Below are positions 49,943 through 60,010 of a stretch of DNA of 64,000 bases, in pieces. The DNA comes from Candidatus Peribacteria bacterium (GTDB taxonomy: Bacteria; Patescibacteriota; Gracilibacteria; Peribacterales; Peribacteraceae). Under the pieces are notes generated by a model. The model did no database searches, was not told the DNA's origin, and saw only the letters and a list, made by a program, of their open reading frames with translations. Positions within the stretch are counted from its first letter, which is position 1. The number at the start of each line of letters is the position of its first letter. The translations under genes were made by a program, and so were the position numbers. The stretch is from the NCBI GenBank assembly GCA_023245765.1, contig JAHFJP010000004.1, positions 375 to 64,374 on the forward strand. Reading direction: 5' to 3'.

Positions 49943-49960
49943 GCCCGGCAGTGTATCTGC

Positions 49961-50176
49961 TTACATGTTCGAGTAGAATTGCTTCTTCCGGTTATCCTGC
50001 CGGTACCCCTCGCGCTTGAGTGCGCGGATGCGCTCCAGGCGGCGGGTCTTGTGGCGCTTGTGGGTCCGACGCTCGCGCAGAATCTTGATCAGGTTGCTTT
50101 TCTGCACCTGCTTCTTGAACCGCTGCTGGAGGCGGTCCGTCGATTCATCCCCGTGTTTGATTGCGTAGATGGCCAT
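49961..50176 (-). CDS. rpsU: 30S ribosomal protein S21
   Basis: ES.DRL.QRFKK.V...IL...R pattern; basic 71-aa protein. Confidence 0.85.
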   Translation of the reverse strand: MAIYAIKHGDESTDRLQQRFKKQVQKSNLIKILRERRTHKRHKTRRLERIRALKREGYRQDNRKKQFYSNM

Positions 50177-50232
50177 AAGGGCTGGAGGATGGTACCCATG
50201 TAGACAGCCTGCTGCAAGCTAAATTCTCAGAG

Positions 50233-50309
50233 GAAACCGAGGGAACCGAAGAGTCCGACGCAACCGAGGATCCTCGGTTCCTTCGGTTTCGTCGGTTACT
50301 TCGGTTGCT
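50233..50309. repeat. 9-bp-unit palindromic element, copy E
   Basis: Same family as copy A; lies between divergent rpsU and gyrB. Confidence 0.85.
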
Positions 50310-50347
50310 TTCCGTCGACCGTTGCCCAACCTCCAAAACCTCCCTAG

Positions 50348-52402
<2,055 letters not shown>

Positions 52403-52509
52403 TGTCATCCTTCGCTACGCTCAGGATGACAGAGACTCTAATTACATGATGGTCTTCGCTACGCTCAGGCATGACCCTGAGCGGAGCGAAGGGTCACTCT
52501 TACAATAAT
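52403..52509 (+). repeat. Composite ~107-bp direct repeat, left copy
   Basis: TGTCATCCTTCGCTACGCTCAGGATGACA...GATGGTCTTCGCTACGCTCAG...CCCTGAG.GGAGCGAAGGGTCACTCTTACAATAAT. Confidence 0.85.
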
Positions 52510-52542
52510 CCGCGAACATGGCTGAGGGGTATGATACTCACG

Positions 52543-53016
52543 ATGAATTTCCTCTTTTTCCGATGGCGCATTCCGAAGAATCTCCCGCCGGAGATCCAGA
52601 CAGTTTGTGACGAGCTCGCTGCTCTGACTGATCAAGAATCCGTCGTGCGCAGGGCGCATGAAATCCTCAGCACGCGTTTCCGTGCTCGCAAGTACCTCAC
52701 GTATCCTTTGCTCTGGAAGATCTTCGATAGAGATCTTTCCCGTATCTGGTCCAGGACGTCTTTCCTCCACTGCACGCACATGAACTGGCTACTGAAGATC
52801 GTGCTCGTTCGAAGCGGTCACTTCGTCGAAGCGGATGTCCGGGAGAAGTGGACATTCCTGACGGTCATTTCTCCACATCAGTATGCGAAAGTTCGTATGC
52901 ACGATGGTCAATGGATCAATGTGGACGTGTGGGGAAGTACGTATGGGATTCCGTTTGGGAATTATGCGCATGGGTTCATGCTTCGCTACGCTCAGCATGA
53001 CAAAAAACCTCAGTAA
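52543..53016 (+). CDS. Transglutaminase-like (Cys-His-Asp) protein
   Basis: HCTHMN.LL...L..SG, HQYAKV, WINVD.W; start may be 52531 or 52543. Confidence 0.7.
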   Translation: MNFLFFRWRIPKNLPPEIQTVCDELAALTDQESVVRRAHEILSTRFRARKYLTYPLLWKIFDRDLSRIWSRTSFLHCTHMNWLLKIVLVRSGHFVEADVREKWTFLTVISPHQYAKVRMHDGQWINVDVWGSTYGIPFGNYAHGFMLRYAQHDKKPQ

Positions 53017-53019
53017 GTC

Positions 53020-53128
53020 TGTCATCCTTCGCTTCGCTCAGGATGACAAGAGGCCATTTCTTAGATGGTCTTCGCTACGCTCAGACCGTCGAACCCTGAG
53101 TGGAGCGAAGGGTCACTCTTACAATAAT
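53020..53128 (+). repeat. Composite ~109-bp direct repeat, right copy
   Basis: Colinear with 52403-52509 and ends in the identical GGAGCGAAGGGTCACTCTTACAATAAT. Confidence 0.85.
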
Positions 53129-53164
53129 TCACTGTCATGGTGAGCGTAGCGAACCATGACCTCT

Positions 53165-54502
53165 TTAATCCTCCCCCACGTGATCCCTCATCACATAGGT
53201 ATCCAGGTTCTCCTTTCCGAGCAGACTGATGATCTCGGGCACCGCGTCTTTAAAGGCCATCTGCTTCTGCTTTCCCGCCTTCATATCGCGCAGAATGATC
53301 GTGCCTTCCTTCACTTCCATTTTGCCGAGGAGCAGCGTGTAGCGGGCCTCGAACTTATCCGCGAGCCGCATCTGGCTTTTAAGGCTCGCTTCGCCGAGCG
53401 CCCCGAGTGTGTGGACGCCAAGATCGCGGAGTTCTGAGACGAGTGTGAGGCACTGCTTCTTCGCTTCGGGCCCCAGCTGCGCCACGAACACATCGACCTG
53501 GTCTTTATTGGGGGCCTGCACGCCGGCTTCCTTCATGTGCCAGATCATTCGTTCCACGCCGCCGGCAAAACCGACGCCGGGCGTCGGCTTGCCGCCGAGC
53601 AGCTCGATGAGCCCGTCGTACCGTCCGCCGCCACCCACCGCGTTCTGCGCACCGGTGCTGCTGTCCCAGAATTCAAAGACCGTCTGGCAGTAGTAATCGA
53701 GACCGCGGACGAGGCCGGGATTGGCGATCGTTTTGACGCCGAGCGCGTCGAGGTATTCGAGCAGCGTCTCGTGGTACTTCTTACTCTCATCATCCAGGAA
53801 CTGATCCAGCTTGGGTGCGTTCTTGATCAAAATAATCGTGTCTTCTTCCTTGCTGTCGAGCAGCCGCAGGGGATTGGTCTGCAGACGCCTGGCGTCATCG
53901 GGCGGGAGTTGCCGTTCTTTGCCGATGAAGAAGTCCTTCAATGCTTCCATGTAGGCCTTGCGGTTGTCGGCAGTGCCGATGTTGTTCATCTGCAGCGTGA
54001 GGCGGTCAAAAATCCGCAGATCCGAGAGAATCTTCGTGATTACGTGGATCAGCTGCGCATCGATGCTGGGGTCGCGCAGGCCGATCACCTCCAGGTCGAT
54101 CTGGTGGAACTGCCGGTAGCGTCCCTTCTGCGGACGGTCGTAGCGGAAGCACTGTCCGATGGAGTAGAGCTCCACCGGCTGCGGCAGCTGCTGCATGCCG
54201 TGTTCGATGTACGAGCGGCAGATACCGGCGGTGAATTCGGGTCTGAGCGCGAACTCGCGCGCCTCGCCCTCGCTGTCGCGTTTGCCTGTTACGGTGAAAA
54301 GCTCCTTCTCGACGATATCCGTGTGCTCACCGATGCCGCGCTCAAACACACCTTTGTGCTCGAACATCGGCGGATCGATGCGCTTGTACCCGGCTTGCCG
54401 GCAGCGGTGACGCACGACCTTCTTGATGTACGTCTGGTACTGGTGATCCTCGGGCAGGACGTCGTGGGTACCCTTTGGAGTGCGGAAGAGGGGTTCGGCC
54501 AT
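53165..54502 (-). CDS. hisS: Histidine--tRNA ligase
   Basis: PKGTHD, LRPEFTA, FRYDRPQKGRYRQFHQ, LVRGLDYY, GGGRYDGL. Confidence 0.98.
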   Translation of the reverse strand: MAEPLFRTPKGTHDVLPEDHQYQTYIKKVVRHRCRQAGYKRIDPPMFEHKGVFERGIGEHTDIVEKELFTVTGKRDSEGEAREFALRPEFTAGICRSYIEHGMQQLPQPVELYSIGQCFRYDRPQKGRYRQFHQIDLEVIGLRDPSIDAQLIHVITKILSDLRIFDRLTLQMNNIGTADNRKAYMEALKDFFIGKERQLPPDDARRLQTNPLRLLDSKEEDTIILIKNAPKLDQFLDDESKKYHETLLEYLDALGVKTIANPGLVRGLDYYCQTVFEFWDSSTGAQNAVGGGGRYDGLIELLGGKPTPGVGFAGGVERMIWHMKEAGVQAPNKDQVDVFVAQLGPEAKKQCLTLVSELRDLGVHTLGALGEASLKSQMRLADKFEARYTLLLGKMEVKEGTIILRDMKAGKQKQMAFKDAVPEIISLLGKENLDTYVMRDHVGED

Positions 54503-54511
54503 AGAAAAAGG

Positions 54512-54533
54512 AGTGTATCACCTTAGTAATACG
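54512..54533 (-). promoter_or_regulatory. Operator-like palindrome overlapping the hisS -10 box
   Basis: CGTATTAC-TAAG-GTGATACA overlaps TACACT (54517-54512); resembles the 6787 operator. Confidence 0.65.
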
Positions 54534-54587
54534 ATCGAAGGTGAAGTCTACCAGTCTCTTTTCGGTTTGAGAAGGGTCTTTTGTGAA

Positions 54588-54775
54588 GGATGGGGCGAGC
54601 GACCCGGCTTCGCCTCCGGCTACGCCGAGGTCTCATGCTCGCCAAATCGCGGCGAAGTCCGAAGGACGAAGCCGGATGGGGCGAGCGACCCGGCTTCGCC
54701 TCCGGCTACGCCGAGGTCTCATGCTCGCCAAATCGCGGCGAAGTCCGAAGGACGAAGCCGGATGGGGCGAGCGAC
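54588..54775 (-). repeat. Two exact 86-bp tandem units, each regenerating the tRNA-His 3' end
   Basis: GGATGGGGCGAGCGAC starts at 54588, 54674 and 54760. Confidence 0.92.
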
Positions 54776-54839
54776 GGGGATCGAACCCGCGACCCTCTGG
54801 ACCACAACCAGATGCTCTAACCACTGAGCTACGCTCGCC
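54763..54839 (-). tRNA. tRNA-His(GTG)
   Basis: Canonical cloverleaf with G-1, C73, anticodon loop TT-GTG-GT and encoded CCA. Confidence 0.97.
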
Positions 54840-54882
54840 ACGGGCTCGAAGATTGTACACAGGTAATCTTTGTTTGAAAGGC

Positions 54883-54910
54883 TTGCCAACAGCATCCTGT
54901 ACGATACAGT
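54883..54910 (+). promoter_or_regulatory. Promoter of the Leu-leader unit
   Basis: TTGCCA-N16-TACAGT, 8 nt before the leader ATG. Confidence 0.5.
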
Positions 54911-54918
54911 TCCTTCGC

Positions 54919-54990
54919 ATGCAGCGTTCTGCTCTGACTCTCGGCCTCCTCCCCCTGCTCCTTATTGCGGGAAGGCGGCTGCGTGCGTAG
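54919..54990 (+). CDS. Leu-rich leader peptide (attenuator)
   Basis: MQRSALTLGLLPLLLIAGRRLRA*; alternative pairings in the downstream RNA; precedes a LeuA homolog. Confidence 0.75.
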   Translation: MQRSALTLGLLPLLLIAGRRLRA

Positions 54991-55061
54991 ATGATTCGTG
55001 AAGAACATGACGAGCCTCCTTCCCCAGAGAGCTCTCTTTATTCATGTTCCCACTATTCATC

Positions 55062-55976
55062 ATGGATTCAACGAAAATCATCGTGTACGACAATACAATC
55101 GAGACAATAGAACGCTACGGACATGACATCGTGCCGGGGAAGAAGATCGAGATTGCAAAGATGTTGGAGGCGATGAATGTCGATGTCATCGGTGCGGGAT
55201 TTCCCATTCGATCCCCCAATGATCGCGAGACCGTCCAGGGCGTCAGCGAAACATGCCACCGGGCAACCATATCGGCATTGGCCCGTTGCTCGCATCCCTC
55301 GGATATCGATCAGGCATGGCAATCGGTCGCGTCCGCCGCCCGCCCGCGTCTGCACGTATTTCAAACCACGCGGGGAATGCGGGGCTTCGAAGTGTGTATG
55401 TCGGAGAAACAGGTTATCGAATCGGCCATCACCGGCGTACGGCATGCGAAAGGACTCTGTGACGACGTGCAATTTTCTGCCGAGGATACGACGTTGCTCG
55501 ACCCGGGATTTGCCCGCGAACTCTACCGCGAAGCGGCCATTGCCGGTGCAACGACGGTGAACGTCGTCGATCCGCCGATTACGCTTCAGGAAATGCTGCG
55601 CAGTCCAGGACGTCGTCGCAACGGCGATATCGGACAAAGTCGCATGCGCGATACGGTGGAGACAATTGTAAAAGCAGTGAAGGGTATGGATGTGATGATC
55701 GGTGGTCACTGCTACGGTCCTGCCGATCCCCACATGAATGCGCCGATCGCTCCGCATTCCGCCGTGACGGCAGTACATGCGGCGGAAGAAGGAGCGCGTC
55801 AGCTCACATGCTGCGTGCGCGGCCCTCGCGATATTGATCAGGAAGGCAATCCATCGATCACATCGTTGTCACTTCTGTCCGGAGTAGTCAGCGTCTTGCT
55901 AGGCAATCGTTTCCGTTTTGGAGTGACGCTTCAGGATATGCACAAAATCGGGCAAATCTTGAAGAGTCAACGGTAA
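55062..55976 (+). CDS. Degenerate 2-isopropylmalate synthase (LeuA)-like DRE-TIM barrel
   Basis: K.EIA..L..M.VDVI.AGFP, ISALARC, RLHVF, VQFSAED, GATTVN; lacks the RDGEQ and HCHND motifs and the regulatory domain. Confidence 0.75.
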   Translation: MDSTKIIVYDNTIETIERYGHDIVPGKKIEIAKMLEAMNVDVIGAGFPIRSPNDRETVQGVSETCHRATISALARCSHPSDIDQAWQSVASAARPRLHVFQTTRGMRGFEVCMSEKQVIESAITGVRHAKGLCDDVQFSAEDTTLLDPGFARELYREAAIAGATTVNVVDPPITLQEMLRSPGRRRNGDIGQSRMRDTVETIVKAVKGMDVMIGGHCYGPADPHMNAPIAPHSAVTAVHAAEEGARQLTCCVRGPRDIDQEGNPSITSLSLLSGVVSVLLGNRFRFGVTLQDMHKIGQILKSQR

Positions 55977-56009
55977 CCGAACGCGACCGGGTGCTCAGGA
56001 GCGCCCGGT

Positions 56010-58532
56010 TTAGCGTGTTGCGGAATCCCCCGATTCTTTCTTCTTCTCATTCATTTTCTTCTTCTTACTGCCGTTCTGCTTCGTCACCCCCTCCGCCTTG
56101 ATCACGAACGCGACCTTGTCGTCTGAGGATGATGCGGGAGCTGCGGTTGTCGACGGTTCCGCCAGAGGAATATCCTGCGGAACAGGTTTGGCCTTGGGAG
56201 TTTTGGGAGTCGGTGCTGGAGTTGGAGCGGGAGCCGGAGCGGGAAGCTGAGCGGTGACGGCGGGAGCGGCCAGAGCGGTGGGTTCGGCAGGGGCATCGAT
56301 CTGGACGACTTCTTCTCTGCGCTTCTTCAGATTTTCGCGGTACCGCTGTCGCTTGCGGCGCTTTCGTTCACGTTCGCGCTCCAATCGCTCGACGTCGGCC
56401 GCTGGTGTCGAGACTGTCTGCGGAGCTGCAGGACTGATCGGAGCGGGAGGGGCAGGGGGAGGTGGTGCAACAGGCGGGGTTGGTATCGCTGCCACAGGCG
56501 CAGGTTCAGGAAGAGGTGTTGGAGACGGAGGGGCAGGCTCAGGGAGAGGCTGTGGAGCGGGGGGCTCTGCCTGTGCGACCGGCGGTTCTACTGTGGGTGG
56601 GGGAGGAGGTTCCACGGGAGGTGCGACAGGAGTCGGCTGAGGCTCAGTGACCACCGGGGGAGGTGGCTGCGGTGGAGGAGGAGGCGGGGGAGGGGTCGAC
56701 TCTGCGGGGGCAACCTCTGTGACGGGTGTTCCGTTTGTTCCATTCGTGTTCGCATCGTTCTCTTCCTTCAACCACGGCGGGAGCATGTCGTCCTCAGATG
56801 GAGCAGGGGCGGTGACGGAAGAAGATTGTGCAGACGTGTCTGCAGGAGCTGCCGCGGTTTGCTGCAGCCACGGCGGGGTTGTATCAGCGGCGGGAGTTTG
56901 CGCGGGCGGTTCAGATACCGGCGCAGGCTGCGTCGGTGGCGGTGCAGAAATCGTTTCGGGAAGCGCGGGGGGTTCTGCGAGTGGCACAGTCGACGGAGTC
57001 GTTTCGGTCGGGAGCGTTGGCGGGCCGGGCTCAAACGGCGTGGCAGAGGAAGTATCCGGAATCGGTGGGGGAGCGTCCTTCGCTGTTTCAAGACCTTTCT
57101 GGAGCCATGCTGGTGCCGCGACTTCCGTGGCGGCAGGAGCTGATGGAGGAGCGGCAGATTCGGCAGCCTTTGTCGTGTCGATAGCCTGCTCAATGCTCTC
57201 CTCTTTTTTTACGTCTGGCTTTTCTTCTGGTTTCTCTTCCGGCTTTTCCGCCGGAGGTTCCGGCCGCTTCAGCTTCATGGTTGCGGGAGCGGTGTCGGGT
57301 GTCGCTGCCGGACTTCCGGGTTCTTTCTTGAGGAGTTTTCCCTCAGCCATTTCCAGTGCTTTCTGCAGACTCCCCGGGCGGTACAGGAATTTGCGCACTC
57401 CCCACACACCGAGCGCGCCAAGGCCGGCGGCGAGCAGGAGGACGACGAGAATTTTGATGAACGTCCATACCATGGATCCTCCACCCGATGTCGTCTGGTC
57501 GGGGGGTGTCGCAGCGGCGGAAGAAGATGCCGATGAGACCGACGATGCGCTGCTCGCGGTCTCCGGAATACTGTTGATGGTGATCTGTCTCTCGCCTTCA
57601 GCAAGAACCCTTCCCGTGGACATCTCCCGAGTGATCACATGTACCGTGTACTGCCCATTTTGGAGATAGTGGTGGCGCGGTTCCTCGAGCAAACTCTGGT
57701 ATCCATCGCCGAAGTCCCAGTGCGTGATGACGGACACAGGCGAAATGCCAATATCGTTTGCAAAAGAAAAATGGACGAAGCCTTCTTGTTCGGGACTGTC
57801 GGCGATCGATCCGCCCGGAACAGGCAGCTCCCCTCCAGCAACGTTGATGGTCTGCTCGATGACGGTTCCATCGTCCGCGGTCGTTTCAAGATGCATCGGC
57901 GACGCGTTTTCCGGGATGGGGTACCAGATATGGAGCGCATTGTGTTCCGTGGCGAACAGGGTGTCGGCCGTGTCGTTGTCGTTGCCGGTGACGCCATCTC
58001 CGTCGCTGTCCGCGTCAGTATCGAGATCCACGCTGATCGGGCCCGTGAGCGCGACCGACGGTGTCAGTGTCAGCAGCGGGCTCTCCGGGGGAATCTGCAC
58101 GCCGCTCTCACCTACGGGAATATTGACGGAGACAATCTCGAGACCGATGCCTTCGGGCGGGGGATTCTCCTGGATGTCGTTTTCGTCGCGTTCCAGAACT
58201 TTGATCTCCATGTGTAGGCGGGGATTTCCCGACTGCGCGTGAAACTGGCCATCGAGCACATAGGTTCCCGCCTGCGTAAAACGCGTGCGGAAGATTGCCT
58301 CGCGTCCGGCCTCCACAAAATCACCGTTCTGCGTGAGTATCCAGTCCAATTGTTCCTCCGGATTGCTCTTCATGCCGAGGATTTCGAACACGTCTCCGGC
58401 AACAATCTCCGCGTGTGCCTGGGCAATCGCGGGGTCACTGCCGCTCTGCGCGAATGCATGCGGAAGAATCAAGAATGCCGTGAGTGCGAGACTCACGAGC
58501 GCAAGCAGCCGGCGGGGACCGAGCATGTGCAT
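56010..58532 (-). CDS. Membrane protein with PKD domain(s) and a long Pro-rich cytoplasmic tail
   Basis: Signal peptide; DLDTDADSDGDG Ca-binding-like loop; HWDFGDG...PRHHY..NG.YTV; TM; repeated PPW/PAW motifs. Confidence 0.85.
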   Translation of the reverse strand: MHMLGPRRLLALVSLALTAFLILPHAFAQSGSDPAIAQAHAEIVAGDVFEILGMKSNPEEQLDWILTQNGDFVEAGREAIFRTRFTQAGTYVLDGQFHAQSGNPRLHMEIKVLERDENDIQENPPPEGIGLEIVSVNIPVGESGVQIPPESPLLTLTPSVALTGPISVDLDTDADSDGDGVTGNDNDTADTLFATEHNALHIWYPIPENASPMHLETTADDGTVIEQTINVAGGELPVPGGSIADSPEQEGFVHFSFANDIGISPVSVITHWDFGDGYQSLLEEPRHHYLQNGQYTVHVITREMSTGRVLAEGERQITINSIPETASSASSVSSASSSAAATPPDQTTSGGGSMVWTFIKILVVLLLAAGLGALGVWGVRKFLYRPGSLQKALEMAEGKLLKKEPGSPAATPDTAPATMKLKRPEPPAEKPEEKPEEKPDVKKEESIEQAIDTTKAAESAAPPSAPAATEVAAPAWLQKGLETAKDAPPPIPDTSSATPFEPGPPTLPTETTPSTVPLAEPPALPETISAPPPTQPAPVSEPPAQTPAADTTPPWLQQTAAAPADTSAQSSSVTAPAPSEDDMLPPWLKEENDANTNGTNGTPVTEVAPAESTPPPPPPPPQPPPPVVTEPQPTPVAPPVEPPPPPTVEPPVAQAEPPAPQPLPEPAPPSPTPLPEPAPVAAIPTPPVAPPPPAPPAPISPAAPQTVSTPAADVERLERERERKRRKRQRYRENLKKRREEVVQIDAPAEPTALAAPAVTAQLPAPAPAPTPAPTPKTPKAKPVPQDIPLAEPSTTAAPASSSDDKVAFVIKAEGVTKQNGSKKKKMNEKKKESGDSATR

Positions 58533-58539
58533 GGGAAAA

Positions 58540-58887
58540 TCACTGCAAACCGTTGACGAAGAGTCCCACGAGCGATCGTGCGAGGAAGACGATGATGAGA
58601 CCGATGACCACGTACAGGATGATCTTCTTCGCCTTGTCCTTGGCTCCCTCCTCGCCTCCGCTCAGGACCATGTAGATGCCCGCAGCCACGACCATGATCA
58701 CGCCGGCGAGCGCGAGGAAGCCGAGCGCCTTGTACAGGAACGAGAGGATGACCGCCCGCAGCGGCTGTTTGATCGGCCCGTTGATCTGGGCCGCCTGAGC
58801 CACGCCACCCTCCAGTCCGGGGCCGTTGAAGACTTGCGCCGATGCTGTGGAAACGAAGAAGTACGCACGCAGGAGGAGAGTGTTCAT
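58540..58887 (-). CDS. TrbC/VirB2-like pilin (CPR type)
   Basis: Signal plus two TMs: IMVVAAGIYMVLSGGEE...KAKK.ILYVVIGL. Confidence 0.85.
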   Translation of the reverse strand: MNTLLLRAYFFVSTASAQVFNGPGLEGGVAQAAQINGPIKQPLRAVILSFLYKALGFLALAGVIMVVAAGIYMVLSGGEEGAKDKAKKIILYVVIGLIIVFLARSLVGLFVNGLQ

Positions 58888-58975
58888 AGCGGTGTGAGAG
58901 GAGTGGGTTTTCGTTTGTATTATAGCAGAATACGCGAATTTGGGCCAGATCCAATCCCGACCCTATACTCGTCCC

Positions 58976-59965
58976 ATGCGCCCCTCCTCCTCTGTCCTTC
59001 TCAAGCATGCAGGTTGCTCCGCGTTCCTCGTCACCAACCTCGTCAACATTCGCTATTTGACGGGCCTGCCGGTCTCCGCGGGCGTCGTTCTGGCGCTCCC
59101 TCGGCGCTACGTGCTCTTCGTTGATTCTCGTTACCGCGACATGGCTGAGAGGATCTCCGGCTCGGTGTCCGTCAAAGATGTGTCCGAGCTTCCCGACATG
59201 ATGAAGGACGTCCGCGAATGCGGGTTCGAATCCGAAGACGTCACGGTGCTGCGTAAATCTTCCTGGAGGAAAAAATTTCCGAAGACGACCTTCGTTCCCA
59301 CCGTCGGTGTGCTGCAGGATTTCCGCCGGCAGAAGGACAGAGAAGAACTCGTGAATTTGCGCAGGGCGCACCGGATGACGAAAGAGCTCCTGCGTCGTGT
59401 CCCCTCGCTCCTGCGCCGCTCAATCACCGAGGAGCGGCTCGCACGGCAACTCATCGTTTGGGCGCTTGAACTCGGTGCCGAGGGATTATCGTTTGATCCC
59501 ATCGTCGCGTTCGGTACGCACACGGCATGTCCGCATCACCGACCGACTTCCAGGCTTCTCCAGAAAGGTCACCTCGTGCAGATTGATGTTGGCGTCAAAT
59601 ATCGCGGCTACTGCGCCGACATGAGCGAGGTCTACTTCACCGTGAAGCCAACCAAGACTCAGGACCAGGTCTACAGGACCCTGTGTCTCGCAAAGAACCG
59701 CGCGACGAAAGCCGTGAAGATCGGAGCGAGTACGCATGATCTGGATAACATTGCCCGCGGCATTCTCACGAAAGCCGGTATCGAACAGTACTTCACGCAC
59801 TCACTTGGTCACGGAGTGGGGCTCGACATTCACGAGGGACCGTCGCTGAGCAAGAAGGCGAAAGATCTCGCATTACTCAAGAATGAAGTGATCACCATTG
59901 AGCCGGGGGTCTATTTCCCCGGCAAGTTCGGCATGCGCGTGGAGGATATGGTCTATGTAGAGTAA
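58976..59965 (+). CDS. Xaa-Pro aminopeptidase (M24B)
   Basis: NIRYLTG, IDVG..Y.GYCAD, HSLGHGVGLDIHE, TIEPGVY, G.RVED. Confidence 0.95.
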   Translation: MRPSSSVLLKHAGCSAFLVTNLVNIRYLTGLPVSAGVVLALPRRYVLFVDSRYRDMAERISGSVSVKDVSELPDMMKDVRECGFESEDVTVLRKSSWRKKFPKTTFVPTVGVLQDFRRQKDREELVNLRRAHRMTKELLRRVPSLLRRSITEERLARQLIVWALELGAEGLSFDPIVAFGTHTACPHHRPTSRLLQKGHLVQIDVGVKYRGYCADMSEVYFTVKPTKTQDQVYRTLCLAKNRATKAVKIGASTHDLDNIARGILTKAGIEQYFTHSLGHGVGLDIHEGPSLSKKAKDLALLKNEVITIEPGVYFPGKFGMRVEDMVYVE

Positions 59966-60010
59966 AGTTGACAGACCAGCCAAGAAGATTGCGCTATACT
60001 GAGGAGAAAC

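Noticed and set aside
54588..54775. CRISPR array
   Set aside because: The intervening sequences are identical rather than unique spacers, the repeat is a tRNA 3' end, and no cas genes are present
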